This document shows positions 18,731 to 28,498 of a DNA stretch of 64,000 nt, piece after piece. The stretch spans positions 479,608 through 543,607 of the forward strand of contig JBAXTO010000001.1 of NCBI GenBank assembly GCA_037130135.1, written 5' to 3'. The DNA comes from Bacteroidota bacterium (GTDB lineage: Bacteria; Bacteroidota; Bacteroidia; Chitinophagales; CAMDFR01). Below the pieces are notes generated by a model. It ran no database searches. It saw only the letters and a list, made by a program, of their open reading frames with translations, and was not told the origin of the DNA. Position 1 is the first letter of the stretch. Each line of letters begins with the position of its first letter. The position numbers and the translations under genes are program-made.

Positions 18731-21700
18731 TTACTGAATTAATGTAACTGAACCTGAAAGTACTTTTTTAGTACCATCAAAATATAATACATCAAATTGA
18801 TATGTATATGATTCTAATGGAACTACTTCTCCTTTATACCTTCCATTCCATCCTTGACCTAATCCATTTTGTTGTGAAGGATTCACATATATTTGTTCCC
18901 CAAATCGATTCCAAATAGTAACTGCTACATTTTTAGCTCCTAGTATTTGGAAATCAAATGTTTCATTTTTACCATCACCATTTGGTGAAAACACAGTTGG
19001 AATAAATACTGCTCTATCTTGTCTCACATAAATTGTAATAGTATCCATTGCTGTACATGAATCTGAATTTATTGCCATAACAGTATAGAACGTATTATCA
19101 TCTGGAGCACTAGTTACCGAATTACATAATGGTGTGCTTATACAATTAACTAAATCTACTGGAGTCCATTCATAATTAATAATAGGCAATATTGAAGTGG
19201 TAGTTGCAGTAAGTGTTACCACGTCTCCCCTACCAATAACTTGGTCTGATGTACTTAAGTCAACAGTAAATCCTTCAGGTGCAGTAATGGTAGTAGTTTG
19301 GAATTCGCTACATCCGTTTACATCTCTAACTTCAATACTGTAGGTTCCTGCTCCTAAATTAGTAAATACATTCGTTGTTTGTGCTATTCCATTTAAGAAA
19401 TAGGTATAGGGTGCTGTTCCTCCTGTTGCAACTATACTGATACTTCCATTGGTACTTGAAGCACATGAACTATTAATAGTATTTACAATAATACTTAATG
19501 GAGTATTGGCACTTATAACTACTGAATTAGTATGTGTACAACCTTTACTATCAGTTACGGTAACTGTATAGGTTCCAGCTATTAATCCAGATGCAATATT
19601 AGTAGTTTGTGTAGGTGTTGTACTCCATACATAAGCGTATGCTGGAGTTCCGCCATAAACATCAATTTCAGCAAAACCAGTATTGCCACCACTGCAATTT
19701 GGTGCAACTCCCGACATATTGGAGTAGATACTATCTGGTTGTGTAATGTCAAAACTTGCATTAGCAGAACATGCATTTGAATCGGTAACAGTGATTGTAT
19801 AATTTCCGATACCTAAACCACTTATGTCTTCAATTATTGAACCATTACTCCATACAAATGATAATGTACCTACACCCCCAGAAACTATAGTTACATCAAT
19901 TGATCCACTAGCATTATTGTAACAGGTTAAATTATTAGTTAATCCTGAAAGTACAATTGGTGCTGGTTCTAATAATGTAGCACTTGAAGAAACACTACAT
20001 CCATTAATATCTGTAACTGTTACACTATATCTTCCGGCAACTAAACCATCAATTAAAAACGTATTTTCAAAATTACTCCAACTATAGTTATATGGCATGG
20101 TTCCTCCAGCCACATCTGCTGTAATGATTCCATCATTTAAACCATAACAGGTAGGATTAATTGGAATTAATGATAAGGATACTGGCGCTGGTTCAACTAT
20201 TACAAAAGTGTTACTTACTGTACAATTATGCGCATCTGAAACAGTTACAGTATAGGTACCTCCCGGTAAAGCAGTTAAATCTTCTGTAATTGCGCCTGTA
20301 TTCCAACTGTATCTGTAAGGTACTATTCCTCCATTAACATCAATATCTATTCTTCCATTTAATGCTCCACTGCATGTAACTTGATCAACCAAAGAAGTAA
20401 CAATAATCGTATCAGGTTCTGATAATACAATGGTGTCATATGCAACACAATTAAGTGCATCATTTACTAATATTACATAAGTACCCGCTGTATTTCGAAT
20501 AATATCCTCAGATGTGGTGGTTGTTCCATCTGGCAATAACCAATTATATCCATAACTAGGTGTACCACCCGTTACTGTTATATCAATGTATCCACTACTA
20601 TCGTTATGACATCTTAAGTTATCATGTGTATTATTGATTAATAAAGGCAATGGATCTATAACTCTAGCTGTATCTACATGTGAACAACCAACAAAATCTG
20701 TTGTAGTAAGAATATATACTCCTGAGCTAATTGGATTTAAAAATGAACTTGTACTTCCTGTGCTCCATAAATAAGTATATGGCGCTGTTCCTCCTGTAGG
20801 TGCTGTCGTGATATAACCATCACTTCCACCATAACATCTTGGACTTGTGATTGCAAAGTTTGGATTTATTGGAGCTGGGCTTGAAATAATTCCAGTTGCT
20901 ATAACCTGGCAACCATTAAAATCAGTAGCTAAAGCACTATATATTCCTACTCGTTGATTATAAATAGTATCGCCCAGTACAAAACTTGACCAGAAATAAT
21001 TATATGGTGCTGTACCTCCTGATGCAACAACACGAGCAGAACCATCTGTTCCTCCATAACAAGTAACATCATGTGTATTCACCGTTGCAACCAAAGGTGC
21101 TGGCTCATTTATAGTAAAGCTTTGTGAACTACTACAGCCATTAAAATCAGTTACTGTTACCGTATAAGTACCTGCAATCATAAAAGTGATGTTACGATTT
21201 GTTGAACCATCACTCCAAATATATGTATAAGTAGGTGTACCTCCACTAACATTTATATTTACTGATCCAGTAGCTCCTCCATAACAACGAACATTGGTTA
21301 TAGTCCCAGTAATTAAAATGGCAGTAGGTGAAGTAATTGTAACACTATAGCTTGTTGTACACAAATTAATATCACTTACAGTTACTGAATAAACTCCTGC
21401 AGCAAGACTAGTTCTATCTTCACTGGTATCTGCATCATTCCATACATATGTATAAGGTGCTGTTCCTCCAGTTACTGTAATATTAATAGCTCCTGTACTG
21501 ATTCCTGCACATAATAAATTTGTACTTGTATGTGTTACATTTATTGGCGCAGGTTCAAATAATCTAGTTGTATCTCTTAATGTACATCCGTTTGCATCTG
21601 TAATTATTACTGTATATAATCCAGCACGTAAACTATTTATATCTTCCGTATTTTCAAATGTATTCCATAAATAATTATATGGCAATGTTCCTCCAGAAGT

Positions 21701-24700
21701 AGTTAAATCAATACTTCCATTCGTTCCTCCAAAACAAGTAGGATTTGTAGGAATAATCATTGTACTTAATGGAGCAGATTCTATTATCGTAAAGTCAATA
21801 ATTCTAGTACAAGCATTTGCATCACTAATGGTTACTGAAATTGGCCCTCCTGCTAACGAAATTCTATCTTCTAAGATTGAACCATCACTCCATAAATAGG
21901 TATAAGGAGCAGTCGCACCAAATACAGATAAACTGATAGTCGCATCTGCTCTACCTGCACAAGACACATTGGTTTGTGAACTAATGATATTAAATGAATC
22001 AGGTTGTGTAATTAAAGCAGTTATACTATCTGCACACATATTAGTATCATTTATCAATACACTATAAGTTCCAGGCGATAAACCAATTCTATCTTCAGAT
22101 ATATTAGCGTCATTCCATAAATAAGCATAAGGGGCTGAACCACCACTTACTGTAACATCAATAACACCATTACCAGCATTATAACAAGTAACATTCGTAG
22201 TAGTATAAGATACATTTAATCTAGCAGGCTCTGTTAAATTATATGTGCCATTTGTATTACATCCGTTTGCATCCGTAATAATAACGGTATAAGTGCCGGC
22301 ACTTATTGCATTTAAATCTTGACTCGCACTACCGTTAGACCATAAATAAGTATAAGGTGAAGTACCACCTATTACTGTCACATCAATTGTACCTGATAAT
22401 CCACCATGACAAATTGGATTAGTTACTATCGCAGATGCTGATAATACTATAGGTTCATTTATAGTTTGTGATATGGAAGTATTACATCCATTAGCATCAG
22501 TCACAGTCACAGAATATGTTGTAGCAGGAATATTTATTTGATCTTCGTTCGTTGATCCATTTGACCATAAATACGTATATGCTGGAGTACCTCCATTTAC
22601 GGTAATATCAATAAATGCTGTACTACCTCCATTACAACGTACATCTTGGAATCCAGCTATGTTTAAAAATAACGCAGCTGGTGTTGTGATTACTTGAGTG
22701 AAAGTAGATGAACAATTATTAAAATCTGTTACTGTTAAAGTATAAGTTCCTGCAGCTAATGAATCTATATCATCTGTAAGTTCACCATTGCTCCATGTGT
22801 ATACGTATGGTGGTGTTCCTCCATGTGCACTTGTATATATAGAACCTGTAGTACCTCCACTACATAATCCATTAGCAATTGAATCTAATGAAATGGATAA
22901 TACGCTTGGTGAAGTAATCACTACGTTAAGTATGTTTTGACAGCCTCTAGAATCTCTAGAAATAACATTGTACGATCCTGCACCTAAACCACTAAAAGTG
23001 GATGAAGGTCCGAAACTAATACCATCAATAGAATAAGAAAATGGACTTACACCTCCATAAGCATTTACAGTAATAGTTCCATCATTATTCCCTGCACAGG
23101 TTACATTGGTTTTACTTACCAAAGTATCTTGTAATACATATGAATTATTAATAGTTATACTCACCGTATCTGTACATAAATGTGCATCTATTACTTGTAT
23201 AATATAGGTTCCTGCTCCTAACCCGTTAAATGTAGTACCAGGTTGATACGCTCCTCCATTTATTGAATATTGATATGGAGAAGTTCCTCCACTAGCTGTT
23301 GCTGTTATTTGTCCGTCATAAATTCCCCCACAACTTGCATCTACTTTTGTTGCTGTAATATCTAAAATTGTTGGTTGAGTTATTATAACTGGATTACCAG
23401 AATAGAAAGAATAACAACCATTAAAATCTCTAACATAAATATAATAAGTGCCTGTATCTAATCCTGTAAAACTATTAGATGCTTGTAATGTTGATCCGCT
23501 ATCTACTGAGTAAGAAATTGGAAACGCTCCTCCACTTACTGAAATAGTAATACTAGCGTCGCTTGCATTGAAACAAGTTACATTGGTTGAAGTTACTGAA
23601 CTAACTGTTACAGATGGTGCAACTGTTATTAATGCTCCACCTAAAAAGCCTGAACTTCTATTACATCCATTGGAGTCGGTAATTGAATTATAGGTATATG
23701 TAGTTGTTGAAACCGGACTTACATTCACAGAGTCACCATTTCGGATACCTGATAGAGTAAATACTGAAATTCCATCTGTATATTGAATAGTATAAGGAGC
23801 GGTTCCGCTTGTAAAATTGAAATATAAATAGGTATTTCCTCCCGGACAAATAGTCGCTGTTCCAGATATATTTCCATTTGGTAATGGATTTACAACTACT
23901 GTAACTGGTAAACAAATGGTTGTGTTACATGTACTTTCTGCACGAAGATAGTAGGTTGTTGTACTACTTAGTGCTCCTGTATTAAATACAGTTCCAGTAT
24001 TAACTAAAGTTCCACCACATGAACTAGTATACCAATTCCAAACTGCACCAGTTCCTAAATGGCCACCTGATACTGCTAGAATAGTTGAATTTCCTGAACA
24101 CAATACTTTTACTCCCGTAATTGAATCAGCTATTATGGATGAATCTTGAACCGTAACTGTTCTATTTTGACAAACCGTTGTATCACATAAGCCTTCAATT
24201 CGAACATAGTAATCTGTTGTCGTAGTTGGCGAAACTACTATGCTATCGCCTGTACCAACTATGATTCCTCCACATACACCACTGTACCATCTCACTGTAG
24301 CACCTGTACCTAGGCTACCAGCTACTCTAGTAAGTGTAGTAGAATTTCCTAAACAAATTAAATTCGATCCTGAAATTCCAACTGGTGCTGTAGAGTGAGT
24401 ATTTACAACTACTGTAATACTTCTACATATAGTTGTATTACAAATTCCTTCAGCTCTTATATAATAAGTAGAAGTTAAAGTTGGTGTAACATCTATAAAT
24501 GCTCCACTTCCAATACTTACTCCTCCACATGAATCTTTATACCATTTCCAAGATGCACCTAAAGCTAAAGTGCCATCTGTAATAAATAATGTTGAAATAT
24601 CTCCACTACATATTGGAGTATTCCCAAATACTATAGTAGGTGCCGTTGAAACTCCTATAACATATACTTGACGACTAATACAAGTTGTAGTATTACAAAT

Positions 24701-27700
24701 ACCTGAAACTCTTACATAATATGTTGTATTCACTACTGGTGAAACAGTTATACTATTACCTGTTCCAACTAATGCTCCACCACATGAGCCTGTATACCAT
24801 TGTACTACATCCCATGGATTTACTACTCCGCCACTAATTGTTAAAGTAGTACTATTGCCTATACAGATTGAATCAATACCAGTAATAGCTGTAGGTACTT
24901 TCGCTGTATCTCTAACGTAAATAATTTTATATGCTGGAATAGACCATCCACAACATTGTTCTCTTACTTGATATTTAGCTAAATAAGTACCAGGTGTTGT
25001 AAATGCAGGTGTTGTAAATGTATTTGAAGTTGTACTTGAAAATACAGGAGTTCCCGTAGCAGTTGTTCCTGAATATATATTCCATGCATATTCTAATTCT
25101 GTACCAAATGAATTTGTATGTGTTAATGTTGTATTTAAACCTAAACAGAATGTATCATTCGTTATACTTAATGCAGGAGCAGGTCTATTGTCTCCAGCTA
25201 TTTGAAGATACGAATTCCATATAATTGCATCAATTTTTATATTTCCATCTTGAGTAGATGTAGTTGTATATACTTGAACTGGTGAGCTCGTATTCGTATA
25301 GGTTGAAGTAGTATTATTTAAATTATTTACAAAACTAAATCCAGTGCCAAATCCAGTTAAATCCCAGTTACCTGATGTTTTTGTTAAATCTATTACTGAA
25401 TTTTTACATAGTTTAGTATTGTTGTATACTATTGTATTTACTGGCACTAAAGGTACAGATCCTCCATTAATTGAAAGATTAGCTGTTATACCAGTTGGTA
25501 ATGTAGGTAAAGTTCCAGCTAAATTGGTACCTAGAGCATATTGATTTCCTGCAATTCCACTTCCTCCATTTCCTCCAGATCCTCCACTTCCCCCGTTTCC
25601 ACCAGCTCCTCCTCTTCCAACTTCACTAGTACATACTCCTCCTCCTGCACCACCAAAACCTCCACTTCCTCCACTTCCTCCTGTTCCACCTGAAGCTCCA
25701 TTGCCAAATAATCCTGCATTTAAACTACAATTATTAATGGATGATCCTAAACCGTTATTTTCTAGGAAAATAGCATAACTACTTCCACCTCCACCACCTC
25801 CAGTTCCAGCAACACCACCTTGGCCACCGCCGCCACCGCCGCCGCCGCCATTTCCAGGTCCATCATCAACCCAACAGCCACCTTGGCCTCCACCGCCTCC
25901 ACCGCCTTTACCACCGCCACCACCTTGACCATCAGCTCCGCTTGTACCATGACCTGGTTGAAAAAATCCACCAACTATTGCACTAACTCCTAAAGAACCA
26001 TTTCCACCATTTGCTCCATTTGCTCCCGAAGAACCTCCTCCACCTGTACCACCTGGATCTCCACCACCACCACCAGCTCCGCCTCCAGTTCCTCCTGCAG
26101 CTCCTCCACTTCCATTACCTCCATTACCACCTGCATATCCCGAACAAGAACACTCTGATCCACCTCGGCCTCCACCGCCTCCACCGCCTCCATTTCTAGG
26201 AGAACCTGCGGATCCTGCTCCACCAGGTGTTCCACCAAAACCACCTGCTGTGCCTACTGCACCTGTTCCACCACTAGCTCCACCTCCTGGGGTTCCACAA
26301 TCACAACAACTGCCGCCACCATTACCTCCATTCGATCCTGTTGAACCAGCTGAACCTCCTGCACCAGCAGATCCAGCACTAGCACTTCCACTAGTTATCG
26401 AACATCTTATAATTTCATATCCTGAACATCCAGTTAAATAAATGCCATAATTTGATTTCCCATTCCCAGAAGCTGTATTCCCAGTAGCATTAGAAGTAGT
26501 TACGTTTAAATCTATCAACTTCCAATTATTTGCCGATGAAAAGAAGCCCATAGTATGTGCTATATTAGCATCTATTGTTTGTGTACCACTGCAATTTATA
26601 GTTGTAGTTGAATTTGAACTTTTATTCCAAACACCTCCAGTTTCAGTATATCCTCCCTCAATAATTAAATTTGCTAGGATATTCAATATACTCGTTTCAT
26701 TATAAACTCCATTTTTAATTTTCATATGTAATTTACCCGACATATTTGCTAATGCAAATGCAATGGTTCGATATGGATTTAAAGGTCCACCTCCACCAAC
26801 TACATCTGTACCGGTTGGTGACACATAAATAAAATCACAACTCGTAGCACCAACTGTAATGGTACAAACTGCTGATGCATCTGCTCCAATACAAGCATCA
26901 TTATAGGTTACGGTTACCGTGTATGTTCCCGCAGTTGATGGACTTGTCCAATTGACACTACTTCCCGAAAATGCAGAAAGTGTACCTCCAGAAGCAGCCC
27001 AAGTATATCCAGTATTATTAGCCATCGCATCTACAGCAGGGGGTTGTAATGTACCTAAAGCATAAGTAGATCCTGGTAAAACCGTTGATCCACAAATACT
27101 AGATTGAATAGCTGGAGCATTATCTCCATTTCTATATGGAAATCCTACAGGTGCTGTGGTGGTGCCGTTATAGGATTGATAGGTTACTCGAGAACAATTT
27201 GATATCGTAGTTTGAGTTGAAAAATCAGCAGTACAATTAGACGTAATTTTAACTCTATATAATCTTGTACCTGCTATTTGAGGTGGTGTAAATGTTGCTG
27301 AATTAGCACCTGGAATATCTGTCCAACCAGATGCTCCTGCGCAATCAGTATTTTCACTTACTTGCCATTGATAAAATCTTCCATAAGATAAACCAGAACT
27401 AGCATCCGTATTAGCCACAACACTTAATGTAGTAGATGAACCCGTACATAAAACTGTATTAACTACTGGTTGTGTATTGATAGTTGGCGCTGATGAAAAA
27501 CTCCATCTATAGGCATAACGTACTCTAAAATTTCCACACCAATCACTCCAAGCTTCAGTCCAACCACTTGTAGAACTAGATATACAATAAGCACCTACAG
27601 TTCTAAAATTTATAGTATTTAATGTTTGATTATTACATCTTCTATAATCCGAATTGAACGTGCAACTATTATATGCGTCCATTGGATTACAATCATTTTC

Positions 27701-28033
27701 CCAGGCATCTAAACCTAATACAAATTGTGTTTCTGAAGTACTAGTAGTACTAACAATAGCACATGGTACTGGTCCGGTACATCCATTATAACCGATATTC
27801 CATACAGTTCCAGCCATTTCTTCATATGTTAAAGTGGTAGTTCCTTGTAAAACACCACCAAGATATCCTCTTATTACCCAAGCAGGATCTGGATCACCAC
27901 AACCAAAACAATCAGAAGCACCTGAGCGTTCTGCAGCTATTATTTGAACTTCTAATTTGACGTTTTGTGCCTGAATACTTATACTCATAATGAGTAGTAA
28001 CGAGGCAAGAAGTGTTAAGTAAATTTTTCTCAT
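18731..28033 (-). CDS. Giant (3100 aa) T9SS-secreted cell-surface repeat protein (SprB-repeat adhesin-like)
   Basis: The protein has a signal peptide ending IQAQ. After it come, in order: a Cys-rich N-terminal domain, Ig-like domains, a DUF1565-like beta-helix start (FIYVSPTGTD..GGPLNPYRTI), a ~280-aa poly-Gly tract, 4 Ig-like repeats, 19 SprB-type repeats, and a C-terminal FSPNGDGKNETF...GWNGRYKG... type-B sorting domain. Confidence 0.92.
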   Translation of the reverse strand: MRKIYLTLLASLLLIMSISIQAQNVKLEVQIIAAERSGASDCFGCGDPDPAWVIRGYLGGVLQGTTTLTYEEMAGTVWNIGYNGCTGPVPCAIVSTTSTSETQFVLGLDAWENDCNPMDAYNSCTFNSDYRRCNNQTLNTINFRTVGAYCISSSTSGWTEAWSDWCGNFRVRYAYRWSFSSAPTINTQPVVNTVLCTGSSTTLSVVANTDASSGLSYGRFYQWQVSENTDCAGASGWTDIPGANSATFTPPQIAGTRLYRVKITSNCTADFSTQTTISNCSRVTYQSYNGTTTAPVGFPYRNGDNAPAIQSSICGSTVLPGSTYALGTLQPPAVDAMANNTGYTWAASGGTLSAFSGSSVNWTSPSTAGTYTVTVTYNDACIGADASAVCTITVGATSCDFIYVSPTGTDVVGGGGPLNPYRTIAFALANMSGKLHMKIKNGVYNETSILNILANLIIEGGYTETGGVWNKSSNSTTTINCSGTQTIDANIAHTMGFFSSANNWKLIDLNVTTSNATGNTASGNGKSNYGIYLTGCSGYEIIRCSITSGSASAGSAGAGGSAGSTGSNGGNGGGSCCDCGTPGGGASGGTGAVGTAGGFGGTPGGAGSAGSPRNGGGGGGGGRGGSECSCSGYAGGNGGNGSGGAAGGTGGGAGGGGGDPGGTGGGGSSGANGANGGNGSLGVSAIVGGFFQPGHGTSGADGQGGGGGKGGGGGGGQGGCWVDDGPGNGGGGGGGGGQGGVAGTGGGGGGSSYAIFLENNGLGSSINNCSLNAGLFGNGASGGTGGSGGSGGFGGAGGGVCTSEVGRGGAGGNGGSGGSGGNGGSGIAGNQYALGTNLAGTLPTLPTGITANLSINGGSVPLVPVNTIVYNNTKLCKNSVIDLTKTSGNWDLTGFGTGFSFVNNLNNTTSTYTNTSSPVQVYTTTSTQDGNIKIDAIIWNSYLQIAGDNRPAPALSITNDTFCLGLNTTLTHTNSFGTELEYAWNIYSGTTATGTPVFSSTTSNTFTTPAFTTPGTYLAKYQVREQCCGWSIPAYKIIYVRDTAKVPTAITGIDSICIGNSTTLTISGGVVNPWDVVQWYTGSCGGALVGTGNSITVSPVVNTTYYVRVSGICNTTTCISRQVYVIGVSTAPTIVFGNTPICSGDISTLFITDGTLALGASWKWYKDSCGGVSIGSGAFIDVTPTLTSTYYIRAEGICNTTICRSITVVVNTHSTAPVGISGSNLICLGNSTTLTRVAGSLGTGATVRWYSGVCGGIIVGTGDSIVVSPTTTTDYYVRIEGLCDTTVCQNRTVTVQDSSIIADSITGVKVLCSGNSTILAVSGGHLGTGAVWNWYTSSCGGTLVNTGTVFNTGALSSTTTYYLRAESTCNTTICLPVTVVVNPLPNGNISGTATICPGGNTYLYFNFTSGTAPYTIQYTDGISVFTLSGIRNGDSVNVSPVSTTTYTYNSITDSNGCNRSSGFLGGALITVAPSVTVSSVTSTNVTCFNASDASITISVSGGAFPISYSVDSGSTLQASNSFTGLDTGTYYIYVRDFNGCYSFYSGNPVIITQPTILDITATKVDASCGGIYDGQITATASGGTSPYQYSINGGAYQPGTTFNGLGAGTYIIQVIDAHLCTDTVSITINNSYVLQDTLVSKTNVTCAGNNDGTITVNAYGGVSPFSYSIDGISFGPSSTFSGLGAGSYNVISRDSRGCQNILNVVITSPSVLSISLDSIANGLCSGGTTGSIYTSAHGGTPPYVYTWSNGELTDDIDSLAAGTYTLTVTDFNNCSSTFTQVITTPAALFLNIAGFQDVRCNGGSTAFIDITVNGGTPAYTYLWSNGSTNEDQINIPATTYSVTVTDANGCNTSISQTINEPIVLSASAIVTNPICHGGLSGTIDVTVIGGTSPYTYLWSNGSASQDLNAISAGTYTVIITDANGCNTNGTYNLTEPARLNVSYTTTNVTCYNAGNGVIDVTVSGGSAPYAYLWNDANISEDRIGLSPGTYSVLINDTNMCADSITALITQPDSFNIISSQTNVSCAGRADATISLSVFGATAPYTYLWSDGSILEDRISLAGGPISVTISDANACTRIIDFTIIESAPLSTMIIPTNPTCFGGTNGSIDLTTSGGTLPYNYLWNTFENTEDINSLRAGLYTVIITDANGCTLRDTTRLFEPAPINVTHTSTNLLCAGISTGAINITVTGGTAPYTYVWNDADTSEDRTSLAAGVYSVTVSDINLCTTSYSVTITSPTAILITGTITNVRCYGGATGSVNINVSGGTPTYTYIWSDGSTNRNITFMIAGTYTVTVTDFNGCSSSQSFTINEPAPLVATVNTHDVTCYGGTDGSARVVASGGTAPYNYFWSSFVLGDTIYNQRVGIYSALATDFNGCQVIATGIISSPAPINPNFAITSPRCYGGSDGYITTAPTGGTAPYTYLWSTGSTSSFLNPISSGVYILTTTDFVGCSHVDTARVIDPLPLLINNTHDNLRCHNDSSGYIDITVTGGTPSYGYNWLLPDGTTTTSEDIIRNTAGTYVILVNDALNCVAYDTIVLSEPDTIIVTSLVDQVTCSGALNGRIDIDVNGGIVPYRYSWNTGAITEDLTALPGGTYTVTVSDAHNCTVSNTFVIVEPAPVSLSLIPINPTCYGLNDGIITADVAGGTMPYNYSWSNFENTFLIDGLVAGRYSVTVTDINGCSVSSSATLLEPAPIVLSGLTNNLTCYNNASGSIDVTIVSGGVGTLSFVWSNGSIIEDISGLGIGNYTITVTDSNACSANASFDITQPDSIYSNMSGVAPNCSGGNTGFAEIDVYGGTPAYAYVWSTTPTQTTNIASGLIAGTYTVTVTDSKGCTHTNSVVISANTPLSIIVNTINSSCASSTNGSISIVATGGTAPYTYFLNGIAQTTNVFTNLGAGTYSIEVRDVNGCSEFQTTTITAPEGFTVDLSTSDQVIGRGDVVTLTATTTSILPIINYEWTPVDLVNCISTPLCNSVTSAPDDNTFYTVMAINSDSCTAMDTITIYVRQDRAVFIPTVFSPNGDGKNETFDFQILGAKNVAVTIWNRFGEQIYVNPSQQNGLGQGWNGRYKGEVVPLESYTYQFDVLYFDGTKKVLSGSVTLIQ
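18734..19015 (-). other. T9SS type-B (gliding-motility-associated) C-terminal sorting domain of the giant protein
   Basis: RAVFIPTVFSPNGDGKNETFDF...IWNRFGEQIY...GWNGRYKGEVVPLESYTYQFDV...GSVTLIQ (last ~94 aa). Confidence 0.85.
19283..23602 (-). repeat. 19 tandem SprB-type protein repeats (~75-78 aa each) inside the giant CDS
   Basis: The unit pattern recurs as V(T/S)C.G...G.I...(V/A).GGT.PY.Y.WS.G....D...L.AGTY.V.V.D.NGC. I counted 19 GG(T/S).PY cores. The DNA copies are diverged, and I saw no long identical nt repeats. Confidence 0.85.
23891..24901 (-). repeat. 4 tandem ~84-aa Ig-like repeats (I.G...IC.GNSTTL...GG.LG.GA...WY..SCGG..VG.G.S..V.P...T.YYVR.EG.C.TT.C....V.V)
   Basis: Direct reading of aa ~1045-1381 of the giant protein. 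Confidence 0.75.
25544..26383 (-). repeat. Poly-glycine low-complexity tract (aa ~551-830) encoded by GGN-codon runs
   Basis: Runs such as GGGGGGGG, GGGGGKGGGGGGGQGG and GNGGGGGGGGGQGG are interrupted by short hydrophobic stretches and Cys clusters (SCCDCG, SECSCSG). On the plus strand it appears as (nCC)n, for example ccaccgccgccaccgccgccgccgcca at about 25825..25850. Confidence 0.9.
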
Positions 28034-28067
28034 ACTAACGTTTAATATATTGTTTTAAGGGTAAATT

Positions 28068-28487
28068 TTATTTTTTAGTAAATGTGTAACTCTCACTCAT
28101 CATTGGATCTTTTCTCCAAATTCTAAATGTATTACCTTCTAATTTATAAGAGTAATAAGTAGCGCTTACTTTGCTTTTATCTGCTGAATAAAAGGTAATA
28201 ATTAACTCCGTATCTGTTAATTTATATTCATAAGATTTTTCTTGTTTATTACGATATAAATTTATCATTCCCGTAGTAGTAAAATTTACCAACGAATGAT
28301 TTGTATAGGCATCATAAAAGAAATAGTTCTCTTTGTTTAATTCATCTGGATTAGTAAATTTTCTATCCACTTGTTTCAATTCCCAAGATCCTAAGATTTG
28401 TGAAGATTTGTTTGAATTCGCCTGTGCATTCAGGATGCTAGTACTTAATAAAAGTATTGAACTTATCAAAATAAGTATTTTTTTCAT
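28068..28487 (-). CDS. Small secreted lipocalin-like protein (paralog 2)
   Basis: Signal peptide plus the motif ILGSWELKQVD, then an 8-strand-sized body of 139 aa. The gene ends 34 nt upstream of the giant gene start. Confidence 0.55.
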   Translation of the reverse strand: MKKILILISSILLLSTSILNAQANSNKSSQILGSWELKQVDRKFTNPDELNKENYFFYDAYTNHSLVNFTTTGMINLYRNKQEKSYEYKLTDTELIITFYSADKSKVSATYYSYKLEGNTFRIWRKDPMMSESYTFTKK

Positions 28488-28498
28488 ATATGTTTGTA

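Noticed and set aside
19283-23602. A regular ~230-nt periodicity that could be mistaken for a CRISPR-like or satellite array.
   Set aside because: The period corresponds to ~76-aa SprB protein repeats in one uninterrupted ORF. The copies are diverged at the DNA level, and there is no short-repeat/unique-spacer structure.
25344-26441. A cluster of 60-84 aa ORFs on both strands (for example 25531..25719, 25762..25974, 25990..26244, 26011..26199, 26250..26441) with odd E/V/L-rich or Pro-rich products.
   Set aside because: They lie entirely inside the poly-Gly coding tract of the giant gene. They are frame and antisense readings of (GGN)n, which lacks stop codons by composition, and they are not independent genes.
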